From assembly GCA_963664325.2 (NCBI GenBank), contig CAXXDQ010000004.1, positions 832,001 to 896,000 on the forward strand: a DNA stretch of 64,000 bases. Direction: 5' to 3'. The notes under the pieces are model-generated. The model worked only from the letters and a program-made list of their open reading frames with translations, searched no databases and was not told the DNA's origin. Positions 42,587-53,821 of this stretch are shown piece by piece (within the stretch, counting starts at the first letter, position 1; every line of letters starts with the position of its first letter). This stretch comes from Desulfomonilia bacterium (GTDB lineage: Bacteria > Desulfobacterota > Desulfomonilia > UBA1062). The position numbers and the translations under genes are program-made.

Positions 42587-43348
42587 ATGCGAATAATCTC
42601 ATGGAATGTTAACGGGATAAGGTCCGCAGCAAAAAAAGGGCTCATTGAGTGGGTCAACGTGGAACAGCCTGACATTTTATGCCTTCAGGAAACAAAAGCA
42701 AATCCGGATCAGCTTGAAAAAACCATTCGGGAAATTCCGGGATACTCGAGCTATTTTTCATCAGCCGAGAAGAAAGGCTACAGCGGGGTTGCGCTGTATA
42801 CGAAGAAGCAACCTTTGACAATCCTCTATGGAATGGGCATTCCGAGGTTTGATTCCGAAGGCCGGATGATTATCGCAGAATATGACGAATTCTTTATTTT
42901 CAATGTCTATTTCCCGAACGGCAAGCAATCGCAGGAGAGGCTTGCCTATAAAATGGAATATTATGATTCTTTTCTTGAAACTGCAAAAGGCTACCTGGCA
43001 AAAGGGAAAGGTATTATTGTCTGCGGGGACGTGAATACGGCACATACCGCCATTGACCTGGCAAGGCCGAAAGAAAACGAGAAGGTATCGGGATTTCTGC
43101 CGGAAGAAAGGGCATGGATAGACAAATTCATAAAAACGGGGTTTGTCGATACTTTAAGGATGTTCGTTCCTGAAGGCGGCCATTACACATGGTGGGATAT
43201 AAAAACTGGCGCCAGGGCCAGAAATGTTGGCTGGAGGATCGATTATTTCTTTTCCGATGAAGCCTTTTCAAAGAAGATAGAAAATTCATTTATTCTGCAG
43301 GATGTTATGGGTTCGGATCATTGCCCCATAGGAATAGAAATAAATTAA
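42587..43348 (+). CDS. xth: Exodeoxyribonuclease III / AP endonuclease
   Basis: SWNVNG, LQETK, GDVN, GWRIDY, SDHCP. Confidence 0.96.
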   Translation: MRIISWNVNGIRSAAKKGLIEWVNVEQPDILCLQETKANPDQLEKTIREIPGYSSYFSSAEKKGYSGVALYTKKQPLTILYGMGIPRFDSEGRMIIAEYDEFFIFNVYFPNGKQSQERLAYKMEYYDSFLETAKGYLAKGKGIIVCGDVNTAHTAIDLARPKENEKVSGFLPEERAWIDKFIKTGFVDTLRMFVPEGGHYTWWDIKTGARARNVGWRIDYFFSDEAFSKKIENSFILQDVMGSDHCPIGIEIN

Positions 43349-43487
43349 GACTCAGAAGACTATTTCAGGATTTTTGATTTTGATAATTGAAACAACATGG
43401 CAGTTGAGTTAGTATCCTGATACATCATGATTGAACCTTTGAATTAAACATGAAGCCTAAAACCATTTACAAAAGAGGGGGTTATAC

Positions 43488-44702
43488 ATGAAAAAGATAT
43501 CGATTATTCCGGCCTCATTACTGATGGTGCTTATTCTGGCAGCATCTTCTCTGGCAGTGGAATTCAGAGTAGGCAGCACGGATTTGAATATCGGCGGGAG
43601 CGCCCGACTTGATGCAGGCTGGGAGTATAACGATGAAGGTGACGTTGCACCCGGCCAATCAGGCTCAAACTCGAGCATGTTTGTCACAATACCTTCAGAT
43701 ACAAATATTAATTTAAGGGCAAAAAATGGGAACCTGCTCGGATATGCGGAATTAGGCCTTTCCAATCCGCATCAGAACATCAATAACTCTACAAGCATCA
43801 CAAATCTCCAGGACAAGGGCGCAGTAAGAATCAGGTATATTTATGGTCAGTATGCCTTTAACAGCAACAGCGAGCTGTTAATAGGACAGACGGATTGCAT
43901 GTTCAGCCAGCTGACACCAAAGCAGTATCTGTATGACGATAACGGATTGCAGGGGTTCGGTGTAGTGCTGTCCGACAGGTATCCCCAAATACGCTATACC
44001 TACAAGCAGAGCAGGTTCACGGCCCAGATAGCCCTCCAGCAGCCTGTGACCGATAATCCTGAAGATTTCAAGCTGTTTTATGACTATGAGGCAAACGTGA
44101 TACTTCCGGCCGTTGTCGGAAGCCTTACATATATGATCAACAACGACATCTCGGTTATCCCGAACTTTTATTTTCAGTATTACAAGTTAAAGACCGATGA
44201 GCAAGCTGCACCGGATGATATCGATGTCACAACATTCGGCCTTTGCGTCAATGCGCAGGCTAAGGTCAACATGGTTAACCTGACAGGCGGAATATGGTGG
44301 GGAGTCAACCTGGGAATATTCGGAAATGACAAACGGTTTAATCTCTCAGGCAGTTCAACAATATTTGGAGCGCCTGTGGGCAACGAATATGCCGAGTCAG
44401 GAAACTCAACAAATATCAAAAACAATCAGAGCTACGGCGGCTGGATTCAGGCGGCGGCCAATGCAGGGCCGGGCCTTCTCAGGGCAGGCATAGGAGGCCA
44501 GAGGGCCCAGACAGGGGTTACTGATCATGGCTATACGGAAAACATTTATACCTGGGCTATGTTTGCCAACTATACTTATACGTTGGTTAAAAATTTCACG
44601 ATAGCCCCGGAAATAGTATTTATGAACAACGGTTATGATGTTGACCGCAGCAACCTTGGAAACACAACCCTTGTAGGGGCGCATTTCCAGTACGATTTTT
44701 AA
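43488..44702 (+). CDS. Outer-membrane porin-like beta-barrel
   Basis: Signal peptide, amphipathic strands, C-terminal FQYDF. Confidence 0.8.
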   Translation: MKKISIIPASLLMVLILAASSLAVEFRVGSTDLNIGGSARLDAGWEYNDEGDVAPGQSGSNSSMFVTIPSDTNINLRAKNGNLLGYAELGLSNPHQNINNSTSITNLQDKGAVRIRYIYGQYAFNSNSELLIGQTDCMFSQLTPKQYLYDDNGLQGFGVVLSDRYPQIRYTYKQSRFTAQIALQQPVTDNPEDFKLFYDYEANVILPAVVGSLTYMINNDISVIPNFYFQYYKLKTDEQAAPDDIDVTTFGLCVNAQAKVNMVNLTGGIWWGVNLGIFGNDKRFNLSGSSTIFGAPVGNEYAESGNSTNIKNNQSYGGWIQAAANAGPGLLRAGIGGQRAQTGVTDHGYTENIYTWAMFANYTYTLVKNFTIAPEIVFMNNGYDVDRSNLGNTTLVGAHFQYDF

Positions 44703-44729
44703 TTGGAAATACCTGATTTGTTTATGCTT

Positions 44730-44763
44730 AAACCCGGTGAATGGAACACTTCACCGGGTTTTT
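44730..44763 (+). terminator. Rho-independent terminator
   Basis: AAACCCGGTGAA-N8-TTCACCGGGTTTTT. Confidence 0.85.
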
Positions 44764-44822
44764 ATATTCCAATATTGCCAAGTTAATCCTTTGTATATAT
44801 ATCCCTGCTGACAGGAGGGTAT

Positions 44823-46232
44823 ATGTCTGACGAAAACAGCAGCACAACTATGGCGGATCTCTTGAAGGAATATGATAAGAAAGAGAAGAAAAGACTCCAT
44901 GTAGGTGACAAGGCAAGGGTGGAAATTATTTCTATCAGCAAGGATACGGTATTTGTAGATACCGGCATGAAGATAGACGGTACGGTTGAGATTGCCGAGC
45001 TTTTGGATGAAAACGGCAGCCTGCCTTACAGCATTGGCGATGTTCTGGAGCTCTATGTGATGTCAGTTCGCTCAAGGGGTATTGTCCTGTCACGCGCCTT
45101 GTCAGGTATAGGCGGACTGAATATGCTTGAGGAAGCCCACGAAAAAAGCATCCCGGTTGAGGGCAAGGTGAAGTCGGTCGTTAAGGGCGGTCTTGAGGTT
45201 GAGGTGATGAAGAGGCGCACATTCTGCCCTGCAAGCCAGGTCGATATCAAATATGCAGGCAACCTGGAAGATTTTGTCGGCAAGACTTTCAACTTTCTGA
45301 TCACTGAATTCGCCGAGGAAGGCAAAAATATAATCCTGTCGAGGAGGATTCTGCTTGAGCAGGAGCAGGAAAAGACCAAGACAGCCTTCAGGCAGGAGCT
45401 TGCCGAAGGCTCAACGATAACCGGTCGTGTGGTAAGGCTGATGCCTTTCGGGGCTTTTGTTGAACTGACACCGGGAATTGAAGGCCTTATTCCCATCTCC
45501 GAACTTGGATGGGCGCGAGTGGAAAAGGTCGAGGATCTGCTTCACGAAGGCGATATGGTTACGGCGAAAATAACTGCCCTTACGCCAGAGAAGATCACCC
45601 TTTCACTCAAACAGGTGTCCGCCGATCCGTGGGACAGCGTATCGGAACGCTATTCAACAGGCCAAAAGCTCAGAGGCAAGGTTACGCGCCTGGCCAAATT
45701 CGGCGCTTTTGTGGAACTGGAGCCCGGGATTGAGGGACTGGTTCATATCAGTGAGATGAGCTATCTTAAGCGGATAAACAATCCCTCCGAAATTGCCAAT
45801 CCCGGAGATATTGTTGATGTAATGATAAAAGAAGTTGACGGAGAAAACCGCAAGATATCATTAAGCATAAAAGACGCCGAGGGCGATCCATGGATAGGTA
45901 TTGACGATAAATATCCTCTTGGCAAGCCTGTTACGGGTATGGTCGAGAAAAAGGAACGGTTCGGATGGTTCATTCAACTTGAGCCGGGGATTACAGGCCT
46001 TATGCCCAAGTCTAGGATAGATAAGGTGCCTGATCCGTCTGCAATCGAAAAGCTTTCTGCAGGGGACAGGATTGTTGTCAAGGCCGAAGAGATAAATTCG
46101 ACTGAGCGAAAAATAACCCTTGCCCCCGCGGGAGAGGCCGATGACGACTGGAGACAGTATGCAACCGAAACGAAGGTCATGAGCCCTCTTGCTGCAAAAC
46201 TGCAGGCGGCCATGGACAAAAAGAAAAAATAG
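44823..46232 (+). CDS. rpsA: Ribosomal protein S1 family protein (five S1 repeats)
   Basis: Repeated FGAFVEL.PGIEGL..ISE motifs. Confidence 0.88.
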   Translation: MSDENSSTTMADLLKEYDKKEKKRLHVGDKARVEIISISKDTVFVDTGMKIDGTVEIAELLDENGSLPYSIGDVLELYVMSVRSRGIVLSRALSGIGGLNMLEEAHEKSIPVEGKVKSVVKGGLEVEVMKRRTFCPASQVDIKYAGNLEDFVGKTFNFLITEFAEEGKNIILSRRILLEQEQEKTKTAFRQELAEGSTITGRVVRLMPFGAFVELTPGIEGLIPISELGWARVEKVEDLLHEGDMVTAKITALTPEKITLSLKQVSADPWDSVSERYSTGQKLRGKVTRLAKFGAFVELEPGIEGLVHISEMSYLKRINNPSEIANPGDIVDVMIKEVDGENRKISLSIKDAEGDPWIGIDDKYPLGKPVTGMVEKKERFGWFIQLEPGITGLMPKSRIDKVPDPSAIEKLSAGDRIVVKAEEINSTERKITLAPAGEADDDWRQYATETKVMSPLAAKLQAAMDKKKK

Positions 46233-46246
46233 CCCTGGAGGATCTT

Positions 46247-46627
46247 ATGGAAAAAAAGACCTATATGGTTGAAGGACTGCCTCATGTCGGACCGTATTCA
46301 AATGTTGCTGAGGCAGGCGGCTTTCTGTTCGTATCAGGAACTCTTCCGGTTGACACAACAAATAATATATCCATCAAGGACAGTGTTTCACAAGCCACAG
46401 AACTTATTCTGAAAAATATTAAAAAGGCGCTTGATGAGTGCGGAAGCTCGATTGACAGAGTTGTTAAAACGACGGTCTTTTTAAAGGACATGGCGGATTT
46501 TAATGAAATGAATGAAGCATATAAGAACTTCTTCCCGGTTGCGCCACCTTCAAGAAGCTGTGTTGCAGTAAAGTCCATACCAGGTGATTACCCTGTTGAG
46601 ATTGAAGCGATAGCTCTTAAGAAATAA
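46247..46627 (+). CDS. RidA/YjgF reactive-intermediate deaminase
   Basis: GPYS, FVSG, VKTTVFL, PSRS, VEIE. Confidence 0.92.
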   Translation: MEKKTYMVEGLPHVGPYSNVAEAGGFLFVSGTLPVDTTNNISIKDSVSQATELILKNIKKALDECGSSIDRVVKTTVFLKDMADFNEMNEAYKNFFPVAPPSRSCVAVKSIPGDYPVEIEAIALKK

Positions 46628-46650
46628 AATTTTGTTTTTTTAAATGTATA

Positions 46651-46680
46651 AAAAAAGGCGGGCAATTGCCCGCCTTTTTT
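46651..46680. terminator. Bidirectional terminator
   Basis: AAAAAAGGCGGGCAATTGCCCGCCTTTTTT perfect palindrome between convergent genes. Confidence 0.9.
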
Positions 46681-46698
46681 GTTCTTCAGTAGTACTGA

Positions 46699-49116
46699 TT
46701 ACCTGACATCCTTCGGAATTCTCATTCCATAGAAGGACCTGTAAACAAAGAATACTGCTACGGCGAGGAATGCAATGCCTATGTACTGTGCCGTACCCTG
46801 TAGCGTTGGAACAATAGCGATTTCCATTGCAAGCAGTCCGAACAGTGTTGTGAACTTGATGATCGGGTTAAGAGCGACTGAGGAGGTATCTTTGAACGGG
46901 TCGCCTACCGTGTCGCCGACAACCGCTGCCTTGTGGAGTTCAGTGCCTTTTTCCTTAAGGTCGACTTCAACGACCTTCTTGGCATTGTCCCAGCATCCGC
47001 CGGCATTGGCCATAAAGATTGCCTGGAACAGACCGAATATGGCGATCGATATCAGATAGCTTACAAACAGACTGACGGTGTTGTTGTCGTTTGCCGTTGG
47101 TGCTGAAAGGAATGCAAATGCAAGCGCAAAGCAGAAGATCGCTATAAAGATATTGATCATACCTTTTTGGGCATACTGTGTGCAGATCTTGACGACTTCC
47201 TTGGAGTTTTCTGTGGAAGCGCTCAGGGATGCATTCTCGTCAAGATTGATGTTGTCTTTGATGTATATAACGGCGCGGTATGCACCTGTTGTAACAGCCT
47301 GGGTGGAAGCGCCGGTGAACCAGTAAATTACGCACCCGCCGCAGAGCAGTCCGATAAGGGTATAGGGATTAAGCAGGTTGAGAATCATCTCGGGCTCAAC
47401 TCCGAGGGCCTTCTTAAGAAGAAGGATAAGAGAGAAAATCATTGTCGTGGCTCCGACTACCGCCGTACCGATAAGAACGGGTTTTGCCGTTGCCTTGAAT
47501 GTATTTCCCGCACTGTCGTTTGCCTCGAGGTGATGTTTTGCGGTATCCATTGCTGGTTTGAAGCCGAAATCCTTCTCGATATCCTTTTCAATATTCGGGA
47601 TGGATTCGATCAAAGAAAGCTCATAGACTGACTGCGCATTGTCGGTAACCGGTCCGTACGAGTCGACAGCTATTGTGACCGGGCCCATGCCGAGCATACC
47701 GAATGCGACAAGACCGAATGCAAAGACCGAAGGATAGCCCATGAAATCGGCCAGTCCGGCGGTGCTTGTAATGTATGCTATGAACATCAGAACGGTAATA
47801 GCTGCGCCCAGCCAGAATGCAGCGAAATTACCGGCGACAAAACCGGAAAGGATGTCAAGAGCCGCTCCGCCTTCACGGGCTGCCGTAACTACTTCGTCAC
47901 AATGCCTTGACTTGGAGCTTGTGAATGCCTTGACAAGTTCCGGAATGATGGCAGCGGCTAAAGTTCCGCAGCTGATGATGATGGAAAGCTTCCACCACAA
48001 TCCGTTTGCATAACCGCCGAGCTGCCATTTGCTGACTGCGAATGTTACCAAAATAGAAATTATTGATGTAATCCATACAAGTACCGTAAGAGGCTTTTCG
48101 AAATCGGCCTCTTCCTTGTTGTCTTTCATGATTGCATTGGTAGGGATCTTGTTGATCAGGAAGGATCCGATGGAGGTTATGATCATGAGAACGCGCATAA
48201 TGAATATCCAGATAAGCATTTCAGCCTGATAGTCGGGCAGAACCGACAGCAGGATGAAGCTGATAAGTGCAACGCCGGTAACGCCGTATGTTTCGAAACC
48301 GTCGGCGGTAGGCCCTACGCTGTCGCCAGCATTGTCGCCTGTACAGTCGGCAATAACACCGGGGTTTCTCGGGTCGTCTTCCTTGATTGTGAAGAATATC
48401 TTCATCAGGTCGGAGCCGATATCGGCAATTTTTGTGAATATACCGCCGCAGATCCTGAGAACGCTTGCGCCGAGTGATTCACCGATTGCAAAACCGATAA
48501 ATGCCGGGCCTGCAACGTCGCTCGGGAGGAAAAGAAGAATAAGGAGCATCATGATAAGCTCAACGCAGATAAGAAGAACGCCGATCGACATCCCTGCATT
48601 GAGAGGAATATTAAGAAGTTTGCTGGGCTTGCCTTCGAGAGAGGCAAAAGCCATACGGCTGTTGGCAAGCGTGTTCATCCTGATGCCGAACCATGCGACA
48701 CTGTAGGAGCCCAATATACCAAGAACAGAAGCAATGAGGACTATTGCGACATTACCGGCCGGCATATGTACGAGGAAACCGAAATAGAAAAGGATGCATA
48801 CGCCAATGAAGACTTCAAGCAGTATTAGGAATTTTCCCTGCTGCAGCAGATAAGTCTTACATGTCTGGAAAATGATTTCCGAAACATCAAGCATTGCCTT
48901 ATGAGCAGGCATAGCCTTAACCTTGCTGTACATGATCAAGCCGAAAATCATACCCAGCACGCAAATGCCAAGACCTATGTAAAGCCATAATTTGCCTGCT
49001 TCCGGGAGTTCCGGAACGATCAGCTCGGCCTCGGACGCAAAAAGCTGCGAGGAAGCGAGCACGCCGATGAGCGTAAGCATGAATACGCTCAGAAAATGAT
49101 TAAGCCTTTTACCCAT
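46699..49116 (-). CDS. hppA: Membrane-integral ion-translocating pyrophosphatase
   Basis: GGIFTKIADIGSDL, EDDPRN, DNAGD, GNTFKA, WDNAKK, GDTVGDPFKD. Confidence 0.95.
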   Translation of the reverse strand: MGKRLNHFLSVFMLTLIGVLASSQLFASEAELIVPELPEAGKLWLYIGLGICVLGMIFGLIMYSKVKAMPAHKAMLDVSEIIFQTCKTYLLQQGKFLILLEVFIGVCILFYFGFLVHMPAGNVAIVLIASVLGILGSYSVAWFGIRMNTLANSRMAFASLEGKPSKLLNIPLNAGMSIGVLLICVELIMMLLILLFLPSDVAGPAFIGFAIGESLGASVLRICGGIFTKIADIGSDLMKIFFTIKEDDPRNPGVIADCTGDNAGDSVGPTADGFETYGVTGVALISFILLSVLPDYQAEMLIWIFIMRVLMIITSIGSFLINKIPTNAIMKDNKEEADFEKPLTVLVWITSIISILVTFAVSKWQLGGYANGLWWKLSIIISCGTLAAAIIPELVKAFTSSKSRHCDEVVTAAREGGAALDILSGFVAGNFAAFWLGAAITVLMFIAYITSTAGLADFMGYPSVFAFGLVAFGMLGMGPVTIAVDSYGPVTDNAQSVYELSLIESIPNIEKDIEKDFGFKPAMDTAKHHLEANDSAGNTFKATAKPVLIGTAVVGATTMIFSLILLLKKALGVEPEMILNLLNPYTLIGLLCGGCVIYWFTGASTQAVTTGAYRAVIYIKDNINLDENASLSASTENSKEVVKICTQYAQKGMINIFIAIFCFALAFAFLSAPTANDNNTVSLFVSYLISIAIFGLFQAIFMANAGGCWDNAKKVVEVDLKEKGTELHKAAVVGDTVGDPFKDTSSVALNPIIKFTTLFGLLAMEIAIVPTLQGTAQYIGIAFLAVAVFFVYRSFYGMRIPKDVR

Positions 49117-49370
49117 GATAATATCTCCTTTAAATTAAGTTCATCTTTGTTTTTGAGAAGTTAAGAAATCTAGTTAAAACCGCTAAGTTGGTATCACAGC
49201 ACCTGACCAGTGTCAAGGAGTTAAATTCTTATGAAAACAATCAAAATATCCCACGGATGCTGATAGATCCAGAACAAATCGGACATAGAAAATTCTGAAT
49301 CACAATTCATTAGGAGTAGCTCATGTGAAATAATTTGACTTGAAATCTACCATTCATATATTTAGGGCCA

Positions 49371-50528
49371 ATGAAAAGAAGAATCCTGAAAACCTCTTTA
49401 ACGGTTCTGATTGGATTACTGTTATCGGGATTTTTATTTTCTAATGATGACAGCAGTTCGAGAAAAACTGTCGGTGTGATATTACCTCTGAGCGGCAAGT
49501 TCAGGCCCATTGGATTAAAAATGCTTAAGGGTGTTGAGCTGGCATCCAATGTATATACCAATGAAGGTACACAAAAAATAGAATTTATAATCCGTGATTA
49601 TGGAAGTGACGATTCAAGGCTTGGCGATATAATTGAAGATATGGATCGAAACAATAACATGATCGCGGTTATGGGGCCTATGGGTACGCAGGCGTGCAGG
49701 ACTGCCTTGAAAAAAGGGATACCGACATTTATCTATTCCAAGGAAAATCTGGCACCAAGGGAAAACTCGTGCTGCTATGGAAATTATCTCACAATCGGGA
49801 CTCAGGCCAGCACCCTTTTAAGGACGGCCAGAAATCAGGGGATAAAGCGCTTTGCCCTGCTTAGTCCCGCAGATGCATTCGGCAGAACTTTCAGGGATGT
49901 TTTCATAAAAACAGCGCCTCAGTATGATATAGAGATTATATTTTCACAGGAATACAAGGATGATACAAAGGATTTTTCAGGCGTTGTGAAGATTTTCAAG
50001 GATACGATCAGGAAACAGAAAAGGCCTGCAAAGCAGAAGACCGTCAACAAACAAATCCCGCCTGTTGAAGCGGTTATGATACCTGACACGGCAATAAATG
50101 CATCTACGATCGCCGCTTATTTTCCTTATAACGGCATTAAAGATATTAAGCTTTTCGGGACCGACCTCTGGGACACACCGGATTTTATAAGACTTGGCGG
50201 AAAGAATATTGAAGGGGCCTTTTTCGTCAGCGGATTCTACGCCGACAGTTCATCTTTAAGGGTTAGAGATTTTGTTTCTTCCTTCAGGACTACATTTGAT
50301 TCATTGCCGACGATATGGGAAGCAAGTGCCTATGATACGGCCTGCATAATCAGGCAAATGATAGGAAAAGGTTATGATTCGAGGAGCGAACTCAATGAGG
50401 CTGTCTCATCCTTAAAAGACTACCAGGGAGTAACAGGTATAATATCGTTTTATAATGACGGATCTACCCTTAAAGAGATAACCGTTCTCACGGTAAGGGA
50501 CGGAAATATAACAGAGGTAATACAGTGA
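49371..50528 (+). CDS. Periplasmic-binding-fold protein (LpoA/LppC-like)
   Basis: GVILPLSG, AYD, GVTG type I PBP motifs; upstream of bamD. Confidence 0.75.
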   Translation: MKRRILKTSLTVLIGLLLSGFLFSNDDSSSRKTVGVILPLSGKFRPIGLKMLKGVELASNVYTNEGTQKIEFIIRDYGSDDSRLGDIIEDMDRNNNMIAVMGPMGTQACRTALKKGIPTFIYSKENLAPRENSCCYGNYLTIGTQASTLLRTARNQGIKRFALLSPADAFGRTFRDVFIKTAPQYDIEIIFSQEYKDDTKDFSGVVKIFKDTIRKQKRPAKQKTVNKQIPPVEAVMIPDTAINASTIAAYFPYNGIKDIKLFGTDLWDTPDFIRLGGKNIEGAFFVSGFYADSSSLRVRDFVSSFRTTFDSLPTIWEASAYDTACIIRQMIGKGYDSRSELNEAVSSLKDYQGVTGIISFYNDGSTLKEITVLTVRDGNITEVIQ

Positions 50529-51190
50529 ATAGAGCAATGCAGTACAATCTTGTTTGTTATTCGGGTATGATGTTACTTGTTTTTTTTATCGTCTCGGGAT
50601 GTGCTCATACCCCTGACAAGGAACTCCCTGTCGATGTCCTGTATAAACAGGCTCAGGATTTTGCAAAGGGAGGCAGGGTTGAAAAGGCATCAGAGGCTTA
50701 TATGAAAGTCAGGACATTCTATCCTGGAAACGACCTTGCGAAACAGTCTCTGCTGGAACTCTCCGACCTTTATTATAAAAATGAAGAGTATGTTTCCGCC
50801 TTGAACAGCTATCAGGAGTTCAGGATGCTTTATCCTACTGATGCGAAATCCGAATACTGCATGTTCAGGTCGGCAATGTGCCATTTCAGGCAGATATTGA
50901 CCATAGACAGGGACCAGTCAGAGACAATCAAATCAATTAAATCTTTTGAAGATTTCCTTCGCATGTACCCCAACTCGACTTATGCGAGTGAGGCTAATGA
51001 AGACCTTAAGAAATCAAAAACAGTACTGGCAAAAAACGGGATATATATCGGGAAATTCTATATGAAGAAAAAGAAATGGCATGAAGCTGCTTGCAAGAGA
51101 TTTAATGAGGTGAAGAAAGGCTTTCCTGGTCTAGGCCTGGATGAGGAGCTTGATAAACTTATTGAGCAGTCCTGCGGTGCTAAGAAGTAG
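50525..51190 (+). CDS. bamD: Outer membrane assembly lipoprotein BamD
   Basis: Lipobox VSGC, TPR repeats, DRDQ, YPNS.Y. Confidence 0.88.
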   Translation: MNRAMQYNLVCYSGMMLLVFFIVSGCAHTPDKELPVDVLYKQAQDFAKGGRVEKASEAYMKVRTFYPGNDLAKQSLLELSDLYYKNEEYVSALNSYQEFRMLYPTDAKSEYCMFRSAMCHFRQILTIDRDQSETIKSIKSFEDFLRMYPNSTYASEANEDLKKSKTVLAKNGIYIGKFYMKKKKWHEAACKRFNEVKKGFPGLGLDEELDKLIEQSCGAKK

Positions 51191-53046
51191 GGCAGAGTTT
51201 CCTGTTGTCTCCCACTCTTAAGGTCAGCCTTATCCTGTCAAGGTATTCCATATAGGGTATTGCATATTTTCGGCTGACCCCGGTAATCATTTTCATATCT
51301 GTCGGATTCATGGTGCCTTTCTCTTTCAGGAATGCCCTTATCTTGTCTTTAAGGTGAGCCTCATTTTCATCAGTGAGGAAAATATCATCCTTGATCCTGA
51401 ACAACCTGCCTTCCCTGACCATAAACGAAAGAATTCCAGTGAGCTTCTTCATATCAACCCCCAGCTTTTCCGAAATTTCCGCAGGGCCGGGAGGTTCAAG
51501 GCCGGCTTTGTTGAGAAGCATGTATATGCTCGTTGTGGTATCTTTATCATTTCCGAGGGACGCGTTGAAATCTTTCATCCTGATATTCGGTCCATCCTCG
51601 ATAACAGCCTGGTTTTTTATCATATCGGTCAGGGCTTTATGGAATAGTTTGGAATTGGCTTTTGCCTTGATGGAGGATCTGAGATGTTCCTTTGATATTC
51701 CCGGTGATGATGGATTTGCTTCGTGATAACCTGCAACGGAACTGGAAATTATATTTTTCAGCACGGCCAGATGTCTGGAACTCACATATGTATCATTCTG
51801 GGTATCAAATCTTACAATCTCATTTCTTGTCTGAAGTTCCTGCAGGAGCTTTTCAATTGCTTGAGAGTTGTCAGCCAGGTGTGCCTGAAGAGTATTTTTG
51901 GATATACCCGACAGGCCCGAATCCGAAACAAGACCAGGGATTACCCTTGATAGATTGCCGCTCATAAGCTCAACTGCAATTTCGGCTGAAAATCTTCTTA
52001 ACGGATACGGGTTTATGACCTTCCCTCCCCCTAATGTTGCACCCGGGGAAATGCTTCTGATAATAAATCTGTTGCCTACGGATGCAATAACTGGATCTTT
52101 CAGCCTGATGCGTGCAACTGTCTTATCTCCGGAACTGTACAGGTTCATATTGCCGTCGACCTCGGCAGTACCTGTATAGAACCTTATTCCTCCTTTACCG
52201 GGCTGTTTTATGAGCCTGAGCTCGGCATCGATAACTCGTGTTGGCTTGAAAATGCCTGCTGGAACAAGCCATTGTCCCCTGGCAATTTCCTCCCGGTCTA
52301 TCCCCTGCAGGTTTATTGCCGTTCTCATGCCTGCGGCAGCAGTTTCCACACTCTCGGAATGTATCTGTATGCTCCTTATTTTTGCCTTGATGCCTGAAGG
52401 CAGTATCTCCACATCCTGACCTTCTGCAAAGGTGCCTTTGGCCAGTGTCCCGGTTACAACCGTTCCAAAACCTTTAATGGTGAACACCCTGTCAATCGGA
52501 AGAAATGCAATGCCTGAATTGTTTCTTTCCTTTGCCTCAAGCACTTCTTTTTCAAGTACTTGAAGCAGTCTGTCGAGTCCGAAACCGGTAACGGAGCTTA
52601 CAGGAATGACCGGCGTATCCTTTAGGAAAGTGCCTTCGAGGAATGATTTGACATCTGAAACGGCTAGATCAAGAAGGTCTTCGTCGACCATGTCGGTTTT
52701 AGTAAGTGCAACGACTCCCTTTTCAATCCCCAGGAGTTCGCATATCTGGACATGTTCGACAGTCTGGGGCATGACCCCTTCATCGGCTGCGACAATCAAT
52801 ATTACAAGGTCAATACCGGAGGCACCAGAAAGCATATGGCGTATGAATTTGACATGCCCCGGGACATCGACAACGCCGACTCTTTCCCCTGACGGCAGGG
52901 ACCAGGGAGGCGAATCCCAGCTCAATTGTCAGCCCTCTTTCCTTCTCCTCCTTGAGCCTGTCGCAGTCAATTCCTGTCAGAGCTTTAATGAGTGACGTCT
53001 TTCCGTGGTCGACATGACCGGCAGTTCCGATTACTATTCGTTTCAT
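51180..53046 (-). CDS. selB: Selenocysteine-specific elongation factor, +1 frameshift near 52902
   Basis: [26 protein letters not shown]-terminal SRKYAIP..EYLD. Confidence 0.95.
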
Positions 53047-53173
53047 TCTTTAACGGATATACCTTCTGAAAGCGGGTTCGTCAATTGAGCCTTTCTTGCC
53101 TCCGGTCTCAATAGATTCATTATTCAGAGGGAAAATGCCGTTAACAGAAACAGGAAAACCAGGAGGTTTTATT

Positions 53174-53785
53174 ATGTCCAGGATATCTGTTGCATTACTT
53201 TTGACATTGATCTTTTCAACCCTCGGATATGCCGCCGAGGCGGACACGTTCAGGAATCCATGCGCCGGCATCAGCATAACAAAACCGGCGGAATGGTATT
53301 ATATGAGCATCGATCAGAATTATGAAAATCTGAAGAATTCAAAGATGAAGGATGAAGATTTGAAAAAGATGTCTCTGAAATTGGCCGATGTGCCGATGAT
53401 TGTCATCATGAAATATCCGGAACCTTATAAAAACCTGAATCCGACATTGAAAATCGATGTGAAACCGGCGGGAGACTACAAGGGAACAGATCCCAGAAAG
53501 ATTCTATCGGCAATGACCGCTTCCATGGGAGAATTTTTTGATGGTTTTAAGATCATAAAAGGACCGGCTGAAACCAAACTTGATGGAATGGCCGGGGCCT
53601 ATATCCGTTTCAATACAATCATGAAAATGGAGAGCGGACAGTCATACCCGTCATGTTCTGAAATATGGATAATCCCGCGCGGCGATCACATGTTCATGTT
53701 CAGTGCAAACACGAGGCAGGATGAGAAGAACTGCAAGAGAGATGAAATACGAAAGATCATAGATACAATAAAGATTGAAAAATAG
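53174..53785 (+). CDS. Hypothetical exported protein
   Basis: AGGAGG SD and signal peptide; no motif recognised. Confidence 0.7.
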   Translation: MSRISVALLLTLIFSTLGYAAEADTFRNPCAGISITKPAEWYYMSIDQNYENLKNSKMKDEDLKKMSLKLADVPMIVIMKYPEPYKNLNPTLKIDVKPAGDYKGTDPRKILSAMTASMGEFFDGFKIIKGPAETKLDGMAGAYIRFNTIMKMESGQSYPSCSEIWIIPRGDHMFMFSANTRQDEKNCKRDEIRKIIDTIKIEK

Positions 53786-53816
53786 AAAATGGACGGGAAA
53801 TTTTCCCGTCCATTTT
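53786..53816. terminator. Bidirectional terminator
   Basis: AAAATGGACGGGAAA-T-TTTCCCGTCCATTTT. Confidence 0.88.
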
Positions 53817-53821
53817 AAGGG

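Noticed and set aside
52895-52910. Programmed frameshift in selB
   Set aside because: No slippery sequence; a single extra G matches the window-wide indel pattern
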